From NCBI RefSeq assembly GCF_009914755.1, contig NC_060933.1: a stretch of DNA of 64,000 bases; one strand, 5' to 3'. Shown here one piece after another: positions 11,373 through 23,200 of the stretch. The notes beneath the pieces are model-generated. The model did no database searches and was not told the DNA's origin. It worked only from the letters and a program-made list of their open reading frames with translations. This DNA comes from the human T2T-CHM13v2.0 reference genome, Homo sapiens. Made by a program: the position numbers and the translations under genes. Every line of letters begins with the position of its first letter. The stretch's first letter is position 1.

Positions 11373-12284
11373 ACAAAACGGTTTAATGAAGCCCGAATCA
11401 CAGACGATGCAGACAAGTCTTGTCATATTTCAGCGATCACACCCATGTTTCGGGGGTGCTTAGGAAGGGTGGGTACTGGTGATGAAGGAAGAAACCCACA
11501 GGCACACACAACAGTGACTGGCCCCACCGGTGTGAGGATCCCAGCCGCGTCCGGGGAGAAAATGCTAAACAGAGATTTCCAGCTCTGTTCAAGGGGGACT
11601 GGAGGGGAAACTTGGGAAGCCAGCCAATTCCCCACTGGATTTAAAACCTGAGAAATCTAAGTCGGCAGGGTTAAATGTGTATTGAATACAAAAGCACTGA
11701 GTACATTTGATTTTAATGGTGAGCAAGAAATAATAAATACAGAGCTTATAAAGTGCTTCACACGCAGGCCGACGGCAGCCTGCCTTTCCCTGGCAGGCCC
11801 CAACCCATGCCCCTTCGTCCAGGAGACACTGGCATGGTTTTCTTCTGCTCTTTCTTTTTTCTTCTTTTTAAAAAGAAAACCCAAATCTTCGGGTAACATC
11901 TGAACTCCAGCCACAGGTGCCAGGCTACAAAGCTCCTTCCAGAAAGGCTGAATGGCTAGACCCTCCCCAGCCCCTGCTACCCTGGGCCAACGGCTGCACT
12001 TCTGTCTGGAAAGTTTGTGGCTACGTGACCCAGCAAAGCCACACTGGAGGCTGATGGCTCCTGACATGGGAGCTTGGTAGGCTGTTCTCTTCGAGGCCCT
12101 TGTGGGTTCCATATGCCGAGTCTCCCCGGTTCCCACCTAGTCTGTAGCAGTGTCCACTGGAAATGCTTGCATAAATGCATTTAGAATAAATGGTCCTTAG
12201 GGGCCCAGAAAGCACAAATCTTCTATGACTCCCAAATTGGCCTCTTAGTGGTGATGCTTGGCAGTGTAAGTTCGGGGGACATGC

Positions 12285-12470
12285 CAGGGACTGTGCTAGG
12301 TGCTATACATACACAACCTCATTACCTTTACCAGGTGGTATTGTTAAACCCATTTTACAGATGATGAAACTAATGCTCAGAGGTGAGGATCCTGCCTAAG
12401 GTCGCACAGCCAGGAAGTGGCCAAGCTGTAATTCAAACCAGGGCAGGCCTCTCTGACTTCCAAGCCTAGG
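12285..12470 (-). mobile_element. MIR SINE
   Basis: cccattttacagatgatgaaactaatgctcagagg...aaggtcgcacagc; boundaries approximate. Confidence 0.75.
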
Positions 12471-13180
12471 AGAGCTGGTTCTCCTAGGCATCCTGCCTCT
12501 TCAGCATGCCATCAACCCAGGAGGTCCAGCCAAAGCTAGCGCCAGGCTAGTCACCTCCTGCATTAGCTCAGCGCCTGAGGCAGCTGCTACTCCGTGTCTC
12601 TCACAGCGTCTGTCTCCCGAGTCCTCAGTTGCCAATGGATGTGGCAGCCCACCCCGCAATCTGCACAGATCCCCACACCAGTGAGACAACACAGAGTCCA
12701 CTGTAGCTGTCTCCAATACTTGAATTTTTCCAAGGGGAATGATCCTTCCCTGAATCATGGCTTCCAAGATTCCCTGCCCGCCTTGGATCCCAAGCCTCGA
12801 AGGGGAATTCTGAGAGCTACCTGCTGCTGACTTTGGCTTAAGGGGAGGCTGTTTGGTAGAAAACAAAGAGAGACAGTGGAGAGAGGCAAGCTGGGCTCAA
12901 AGGCAGGACTTATCATCAGGCCTGTCATCATCCCTGTGGTGTTGGCTACAAATTAGGGAGATGGCATCTGCCTGCTCTGGGCTGGACAAATGAGACAATA
13001 ATTACACAAGTGCCTAGCACAGTCCTAGGCACCATAAAAGGTGCTCAATGAATATTAATTCTCTTCTCCTCTGTGTCTCTGCCAGACCTAACATGGCACT
13101 GGAGATTCCACAGACAGTTCAGCTGCTACTGATTCATTTTTTTCTTGACTGAATTTTTTTTCTTCCCGCAGCATTTTATA

Positions 13181-13382
13181 TAGGTTGAGCATCCCTAATC
13201 TGAAAATCCGAGATCTGAAACACCCCAAAATCCAAGACTTTTTGAGCCCCAACATGATGCTAAAGGAAATGCTCACTGGAGTATTCTGGATTTTGGATTA
13301 GGGGCACACAACCAGGAAGTATCACGCAAATATTCTAAAATCCGAAACAAACTGAAAGCTGAAACTATTCTGGTCCCAAGCA
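13181..13382. mobile_element. Tigger4/MER46-type DNA transposon fossil
   Basis: aggttgagcatccctaatctgaaaatccgagatctgaaa...ctggtcccaagca, recognised from recall. Confidence 0.7.
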
Positions 13383-13673
13383 GAAGACGGAGGGTCCAGA
13401 GAGCTTGGAATACTGGCAAGACCACAGGTTCTAGAGTCCAGATGACCTTATTTGCAGTTGAGGAACCTGGGTTAAGTTACCAAGCATCAGTTTTCTCATT
13501 GCTAAACTGGTGACAATGCCTACTTCACTGAGCGACTGTGAGGCGCAGCTGGGATGAGGTACCTAAGAATGATTTGCTGACTATAAAATCCTAGGCAAGT
13601 GATGGTTATTAATAAACTGGGCCATTCCTTAGAAGCTGTAATATGCAAAAACCTGTTAAGAATAAGAACCGTT

Positions 13674-14030
<357 letters not shown>

Positions 14031-14953
14031 TCACAAAACCCCTCTAGGAATGAGGGCACAGCCCCGGAGGTGAAATCAGACTCAGAGAGCTTCAGTGCTT
14101 GCCAGAGTGACATGACTTCAGCATTCAAGCCTAGCTCTGTCGGCCCCCCAAATCTGTACTGAAACTCTCACTAGTCACACAAGGTTCAGCCTAGAAGGGG
14201 CCTCCTGTCCCCCAAAGCAGTTTCTTTTTGCTGCTTGTGTCTTCTTTCCAGTGACAGTGAGCAGACATATTCTAGCTCCTTGCCAGCTGTGTCGATGGGG
14301 GGTTTGGGCCAACCACAGTTTGATGGAGATACGGGATGGATCCACGGTCACGTGTGGCTGGGAGTGTGGACTCGCGACGGTCACAGGGGAAGGCATCTAA
14401 GTCCTCCCAGCCTCCCATCTAGCCCTCTAATTCCCACCCACAGCAGGGAAGGGAAGGGAAGGAAAACTGTGCCACAGAATGGCCAACACCCACCCAGAGA
14501 GCAGCTACCCAGTGGATGCTGGGTGCATCTCCCCAGGTGAACAGACACAGTTCACCTGGTCACCTGCAGGCCCCGGCCTCTTTGCCTTCACAAGATGGAT
14601 TTGGACACGTGTGTTGCAGAGGGCGGGAGGACTAGGACACTGGGTTGTGGGGTACTCTTTGGTTGGCCACAGAGTGGTGGCCACACTGAATGGTAGATGG
14701 AGAAACTTTTCCCTTGGTAAACAGCCCCCATCGAAAGGTCCTGGATGGTTTCCCACTTTCAAAGCACCTGCTAAAGTTCGCATGCCTCAGCATGGCCGGA
14801 GTCTGACCTACCAAGGAAAACGACTCCACTGATGCTTAACACGGGACCCAGACCCCATATTTTTCCATGGACGGATCTCTCTCGCCCTCCCACCCCATTC
14901 CCAGGTGGTGGTGGGTTTATCACATTTTGTCCTGCTTCTCCATCCTTACTTGG

Positions 14954-15118
14954 TTTTTTTTTTTTTTTCTTTTAAGAGACAGGGTCTTGCTCTGTCACCC
15001 AGGCTGGAGTGCAGTGGTGCAATCATAGCTCACTGTAGCCTCAGCCTCCTGGGCTCAAGTGATCCTCCCATCTTAGCCTCCTGAGTAGCTAGGACTACAG
15101 GCATGCACCACCACGCCC
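14954..15118 (-). mobile_element. AluJ right arm/FRAM
   Basis: Poly-T, then gagacagggtcttgctctgtcacccaggctgg... Confidence 0.88.
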
Positions 15119-15639
15119 CTTACTTGGCACTTAACATGGGAAAGTGGATCTCCAAGGAAGGCCTGGCAGGGCAGCGGTACCTGTATCCATATGAGCTGGC
15201 TCCATACTCCCTGGACATAGCCTCCACCCCTGGGAAGGTACAAATGCATCTCCAGACCAAGATCTGGCGGGAACGAGACCCTTGCCCCCGGACTTCTGCT
15301 TCGTTTGTGAGGAACAGGCGTCTGGAGGAAGGCTTCCAACCCATTGCTCACCCTAGGAGACTTGCTCAAATAATGCACACGCAGCACACGCAGCACACAG
15401 TGGCCCCCTTGCTACCTATGGCTCTGATCTGCAAGTCACCAAACTTATTCACGAAAAAGCAAGAGAAGCCCAGAGAATGCAAGCTCAAGTTCATGCCACA
15501 CAGAGAGGGAAGCTGAAAAACCCAATTCCCAGTTTTCTTTTGCCAGGCAGGAGGGTCCAAACTCTGGAGGTTTAGTCAGGCTGAGGGAGAATGGCTCAGG
15601 CAGTGTTAGGTGGGGAGGGCAGAACCACCAGCTACTCAC

Positions 15640-15693
15640 GGGCCTCGAGCGCTGTATCTTGGGAGGCGGTCGGGTGGGACGCAGTCTCTGCAG
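15640..15693 (-). CDS. DENND1A: DENND1A alternative 54-nt cassette exon, LQRLRPTRPPPKIQRSRP
   Basis: Acceptor ttaatgcag|CTG, strong donor CCC|gtgagt; phase 0/0, in frame between HFGQ and VRPPRP; CpG-retaining. I recall this peptide from longer DENND1A isoforms. Confidence 0.85.
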
Positions 15694-16789
15694 CTGCATT
15701 AAAGTGGAAACTTACAACATCAGGACACACTGAGAAGGCTCAATGCATTTCCACACACGGCCTGGAGGAAGGCACCCAGTCACCTAAGCCAGAGCCAGAG
15801 GGCCAACCTCGACGCCTCCTGCCTCGCCCCACTGTCCACCTTTTGAGGCCGTCTCCTCTGCTCATTCTTTCCTTCTAACCTTGTCTCCAGCCTGGGTTAC
15901 TGCAATCATCTCCCAACAGGGCTCCCAGCTCCGCCCTCCACCATGCTCCACACAGGCTGGGGGCCCTTCCCAGGTGCAATAGGGCGAGCCCACCCCCTCT
16001 CCAGACCTCTCATGCCCCCTCCTGTCCTTGGGCGCCTGCTCAAGGCTAGAGGCTGGCACTGCATGTCCCCCAAGACCGGGACTCCACTGTGCCCCACACA
16101 GACCTTTCTCAACCTTCACCCATGCCTGCCCTGGGCAGATCCTTTAAGTAGCACTGGGCTCTCATGCCTTGTTTGCCACCCACCCTCCGGGTGGAATGGG
16201 CTGCTCCGGCTGGACTGGCCTGCCAAACGTGTGCCTGTCCTTCAAGAGCTCTGTCGGCTCGGATGCTGCCTCGTGCCTCCTGCTATGTGGGACTCAGCGT
16301 GGGATCCCTCACCCCTGCCCCCACGGGACCTCTTACAGGTCTATCTCCAAGGGGGTTCATCCCTATGCCTGCAGGCTCTGTGAGACCTGGGGAAAAAATC
16401 TGCTCAACAAGCGTCTGATGAACAAATAAAATTTGTCCAAAATGATTGGCTTTTGAAATCAGGATTTGAATCAAAACCAGTAGAGCACAGACTTCTCAGC
16501 TCTCCCCTCAAACCCTTTATCTTGAACGCCCAGCAGTGTCCTTTCAACAGCCTGCCTGTCTTGATGCTCTCGCAGGCATGGGAGACAGGGAGGCTGAGTA
16601 AGGAAAGTAAAAATTCACGCGAGACCCAGGCCGCGGACCCACAGCAATCCCCGGGAGGCTTCCGGTTGTTTCCTGCCCATTCCGTCACTCAGGTCACAAA
16701 GATACATCTAACTGGACCAAATCCAGACTTGCCCCAGCCAAAAGGGGAGCCAATGTCCCATGTGTCTGGTCCACGTTAAGATGTGCTCT

Positions 16790-17285
<496 letters not shown>

Positions 17286-20200
17286 ATATAGGGCTCTACT
17301 GAGTGGGAGTGACACTTCAGATCTCAAATCTGCCTTAGAATTTGTTTTCTGAACCTGCCCCACTACTCCTGGAGGGCAGGGCCTGTGTCCCAGTTGTCCC
17401 TGGGTCCCTGGTGCTCTGCATGGAACCTGTCGGGGCAGCCTGAGGGGAAAGCGGGTCCAGGGACTTGGTGGAGGGTTCCCTGGCGGCACATGGAGAACAC
17501 GATGGGATAGAATGACACCGTGGCTTCCCAGATCCTATGCCATTAGCTGGGCGTGAGGGCTGACCCATGCTTGGTGACCCTTCAGCTGACAGCTACCCGG
17601 GAGTTGGGGGTGCTGCCTAGGGATGGGCAAGGCCACCATGTTTTTTCCCCTTCCTGGCTTACAGGAAGTGTGTGGGGTAAAGGGGAACAGCCCCCCCACC
17701 CCTCAATTCACACCATTCATCAAGAGGAAGAGGTGATCAGGGAGAGGGGAGCCCACCCCCTCCACCGGTGCACAGGCTGCTACCCTGTCTAGACACCCAG
17801 CTCTCCTACACCACTCCCCACAATACTGCTTCTCTTATGCTTGGCCTTTCTACTTCGGGGGAACCATCTTCTCCAGCCCCACTGTCTTCACTGCTTGTCA
17901 CCTCTGGCTTGGGCTATTTCCATTCCTGCTGGGTGGCAGTGCACCAGAGCGCTCGGGAGGCAGCCTCTAGGGGTCAGACAGTTTTGGAGAGAACCCCAGT
18001 TCTCCCATTTACTCCCTGGGTTACTCCAGGCCCACGATTTGACCATTCCAAGCCTTACTGTCCTCATCTGTGAAGTACAGGTAACAGCACTGCCTACCCG
18101 AGTGTCCTGTTAGGAAGATTCAACGAGATGATGGACGTCAGGTTCTTTGCACAGTGCCACCAACAGACATTAGCAACCATTACCATCAGCAGGTTTCCCT
18201 GCCTCCAGCCTCTCCCCCTCCCAGTCCATCGCCTACATTTGTTTCCAGAGAGGACTTAAAAAAATGTCCACCCAGTCTTGGCACTTGGCAGATGAAATCA
18301 TCTCAGTGGAAGGCCGGCATCTCACAGGGTGTCTGCTGAGAAACACCATCCTGGGAGACGCATTGTGTGAAGGGAAAAAAGGAGGTTCCCCAGCCAGGCA
18401 AATCTGAGAAATGCTGTCTTCTGTCTTGCTCCTTTTGGGGATTCACAACGCCTGTTAGCATAGCAAAGGCTGGTGAGTCTTGCAAGAAAAAAACCCACCC
18501 AAACCAGGCAAAAACCTATTAACTCTTTTTTAAAAAGTCCTATTTCCCAAGTTTATTTGAACATAGACTTGCTTTCCCTATACCACCCATGAATATCCCC
18601 TGGAAAATGCTGTCTGAAGTGTTCAAAGCCCTCCAGATTCAGGGCCCCGCCATCCACCTCCGCAATCTCATCTCTGGTAAAACCCCGCCTCACATCCACA
18701 GCACACCGGCTGTCGTTATCAGCTCACTCACTTCTCTGTTTACCATAGGGTCTAGTAGAGTACTTGATACCTAATAGGTGCTCAGCAAATTACTTTTGGC
18801 TTAAACTTCCTGGCACATGTAAAAACACACCAAATGTCAATTCTCCAGATTCTTCAATTAACTCATTTTCTTTTGCTTGTCCTCGGGAAGTGCTGGCTGT
18901 TTTGCAACTGAATTGATAAATGGTGGGAAGAAAGCAGCCTCTTGACCACACCCATTCTAAAAGTTAGCAGAGTGAGCCAGCGGGATATAAAGATGCCAAG
19001 AAAGAGTAACGTGGTACAGATGTCCTGGCGCACCCAGTCAGATAAAACCCAACAACGGCAACCAAGAACAGGAAGCCACATTGCCCCTTCTGACACTCGG
19101 GGAGTTTTCCCTGCGGGTTGTCGGCACGAGGGGATCCTGTCACCAGAGGAAACACACAGGGACGGGGGCTGCACTCACCGACCCTGGGCTTGTTATGATG
19201 CTGGAGCATATGATGGGGACACCTCCTGTGGGGTGGCCGCCAGGAAGAGAAAGGTGAACTCCCAGGGGGTGCGCATTGAAGACCCTCCACCCTGGGGCTG
19301 GGGAGAGGAAGAAGGGGAGGGCTGCACTAATTATCAGGATGCCCTGCCAGGAGTGTGCAGGCCCTGGGGACCAGAGCTGAGGCTGGGGACAGGTGAGCAG
19401 CTGGATTGTCACCAGCGGATTAGACAGTAATCCCGTGGGAAGCGGTCTCAGATTTCGGACACTAGAACATCTGATTGTGTGCAGGGCCCTCCTGCTCCCA
19501 CCGCAGGGTCTCCAGGCCTAGCTGGTTTGCTGAGTGACTTTGGCAAGCAAGTGACTTCCCTGGGCCTCTGTGTCCTCATCTGTGAGGCCAGTCACGAGGG
19601 CCCTGCTGCAGGGATGCGGGGCATCTGATGGCACTTCACGCAGGGCCAGGGGCACAGTGGACACGCTGCTGGGGAGGCCTCTGCTTCCTAGACAGGGCGT
19701 GGTGGGGCCATCGGCCATGGTGGTTGCAGTTTCCCAAATAAGCTGGGGTGTCCCCAGCTGGGGACACAGATGGGGAAGAGTAGTCTGGAGACCATTAAAC
19801 ACTGTAGGAGGTGAGTAGTAGTGATTTGGGTGGGAAGAGGGGGTAAGGGGATGAGCTAGGAAAGGATCAACTCAGAAAAGCATGCTCTCTTCCAGAGAGT
19901 GGCCCCGGTGCTCTAGAAGCTGAAGCCAGCACTAGCTGAATGTAGGGACTACAACAGTGTGGTTGGTGTGAGGCCCGAGAGGACGGCAGAGCTGGCCAGG
20001 ACTCAGTGAAAGTTATTCTGAACCTGGAGTGGTTCCTCTCCCATCTGACTCAGCTCTGGTTGTCTGCATCCCCAGCCCACAGCCCAGGGCTGGGCCCCTG
20101 AGCCTGCTCCTCTTTCACGCTGGTGCTCCTGCCCTTGCTAAGTGTCCTAGTGGCCATGGAAAAGGGAACAGATTGGAGGGAGGTAAAGCGAGCTGCTCAA

Positions 20201-23200
20201 CACCCCCAGCTGGTAATGGGCAGAGCTGGGAGTGTTGGTTGTCATCGGGAAGGCCTCTTGACCGCTGACCGCTTGAGTGCTCTTTCCACCGCTGAAGGAA
20301 AGGAAGGTAAAACTGGAAGAGCTTTAAAGTAGATGCAGCAGAGAATCGAAGCAGTCTGGGCATCTTTGCATTGAGGTCATGTTATATGTGATCCTCTGTC
20401 CCCTGGCCGGGTTGAAATGTGGCTACACAGACTGCTGCTTCTTAAGTCAGTTCAAAAAGACTGGGCCTTTGGCGATCTTTTGCTAAGGAGAGTTCAATTC
20501 GACAGTTCCTCCAGCACTTCCCGAGCTGGGCCAGGGCAGGAGGGGAGAGAGGGCCGGCGAAGCGGGGAGAAGGCCGGAGTTTTCTTCGATGGTCAACGCA
20601 AAGTGCCTGCTTTCCTGAAAAACACATCTGGAGGGGAAGCAGATGGACTGTCACAGAGTGGAAGGATTCCTCCTGTGTGTCTTTATGGAACAACTAAGTA
20701 TTTGGGGGCCAGGACCAGGGGGATTCAGAGAATAAGACACAGTCCTTGTCCTTGAGGACTGCAGAGTCTGGTGGGATTTGACCTACACCATGGGAAAATA
20801 ACTTCTTAAAGTGAAAGAAATATTGGTGGGGTAAACCCCAAGAAATAGACTTCGGGTTAGAAACCCATGGGTTCACGAGTTGGTTCTGTCATTTTCTAGT
20901 TGACTTCAGTATTGGTTCTGCCACTTAGGCGAGTTATTTAATCTCTCTTAAGTCTCAGTGAACTCTTCTGTAAAATGGCAAAACTCCCAGGTTACAAGCA
21001 TCGGTGTGAGGATGAGAGTACAGTTACAGCCGCACGAGGTTCTGGTTTGATATCCTGAAGATGAAATGGGACCACTCCATCTTCCATCTCCCCATGGTAC
21101 CCACAGGTCTTTCCAGAAAAGTCCTATGGACGTGAGGACCCTGGTTTTCCAAAGCTGTGTGCTATCAGCAAGGTTCTGTTGAAGGACACTGGATTTTAAT
21201 AATAATCTCTTCTATTTATATGATGTGTTTTCCTTTCAAAGCATTTTAACTTCTGTTCTTTCTTTTGAACCTCACAGTCCCTGGTGAGGCAAGTTAGAGA
21301 AGGATTATTTCCCTGTTACAGAGACAGGAAACAGGAGGCCCAGAGAGGTTAAGGGACTAGTATGAGGTCACACAGCTAGTAGCGAAAACTAAAACAAGCA
21401 GGTATTCTTAGCCCATTGTGCTATCCTTGTCAACTAAAATTTCCAAAGTCACCTGGAATCCTTTCTGACACGGTTCTTCTAATCCTTGTCCCTTCTGAAG
21501 TTAGAATCTGTTGTTAGAGATCTGTGCCTCAGAGAAAAGGCTGATGAGAGAGTAACTGTCACCTTCTCCTTCTTTCCTTATTTGAGCATCTTTTTGTGGT
21601 GCTTTCCAAAGGAGGCACCTGATTCATTTGTCCATTCATTCAACAAACAGTGCGTGGCATCCCAGGCACAGGGGCACATGTCTCACCAAGACTCTGGTAG
21701 AGGGCGCTGTCATGCATGGGGTACACAGGAAGGTCTCTGCCATAGATTGGGGGGGGGGCAGTGGTAGGGAGTGCAGGGACAGGGGACCCACAGTGGTCCA
21801 ATCAGACAAGAGTGAGGCTGAATATGAGGACAGGGCAGGCCAGGACCTGGGAGGGGCTGGGGGAGGTCAGATAAAAAGAGGGCCTTGAATGTCAGGCTGA
21901 GAATTTGCGGATTTTCTTCTGAGCTCAGTGGGAGGGATATAATCAGAGACACAATAAGAGGAACCTTGACGTCCTTGGTATAGAAAATGCATTGGAGGAG
22001 GATGGGGTATGCTCCTAGGAACAGACACTCCCCTCCAATCACAGGAGCCTGCCCAGGCCTCCATATTGCCAACCCACCGGCCCTGGCCACACCACTGCTG
22101 GGAGATGTGAACACAAGAGAGGGTAAGACCGAAGGCATGATTGACACAGAAGTCCCTGAGAAGAGGGGACCTCTTTGGCCTTTGTTGGTCTCTGCCTGGC
22201 CCTCGGCATCTCTATCTGTCAGCTGTGTGGGCCAGGTGAGTATGCTCATTGGATATGAAACCGGCATTTATGAGGACAGCATCTGATTTGCAGTTCATTT
22301 GTTGATGCAGCAAAACACATTGTTTCCAAAAGGTCAGGAGGGGAAGGCGCGTTGGAATAGCAACTTAATTACCTGGGTGGCATGGATGAGTGGGCACCCC
22401 GCACAGGGCTGCAGGGTGGAAAACGCTCGACGGCCAGGTGGTGACTTGGGGGCAGAGAGCGCAGTGTGTAGGGGAGGAGAGGTGGTGTCCCTGCTGCCTG
22501 GGAGCCAGCCTGCCTGTGCTGTGGGCAGAGCCAAGGCACTTTCTGCTGCCGGTGCTTCCAGGGCCTAAGCAGCCGCTGCACACTCACCAGCGCAAGGCTC
22601 CTCTGCAGGGAACGAGGGCTGCTACCCATTTCACAGATGAGGGCAAGCAAGGACTTGCCCAGGGTTGCCCAGAGCAAGTGCGTAACAGGCCCTGAGAAGA
22701 GGGCCAGTGAGCTCATCCTGAGTTAATTATGGGCTGGGGCAGGGGTGCTATGATGTTTGTGCATGGGGCAGAGGGCAGACAGCTGTTTAGGGATGGACCC
22801 GTGGATTCACTCAGTCCCCAGTGAAGGGGACATCTGGGACCATCCCTTCAATATCCTTGTGCCGTCAGAATGAGCATCTGCACTTCACTGCTGGGACAGC
22901 AGGGCCACACAGAAGGTGAAATGTCAAAGTTGGCAGGAGACAGGCCAGACCCCAACCGAGGAGCGGTATAGGTGAGAAAATAGAATAGTACAGATGCTGG
23001 AGGCCACAGGGACCAACCAGGTTCACTAAAGGCTGAGGACTGTGCATGCAAAGATTGGGGTGGCTGGTGAGGGGAGGCCAAGAAGGTGGGGTGTGCCTGA
23101 TGGCAGCTGGCGCATGACAGAGCTAGCCTCTGAAGCTGGCCCCAAAGGGGGTCTCAGATCCTCTGTGTGCACTGTGTACTCTGAATTGTCCCTTCCCTGC

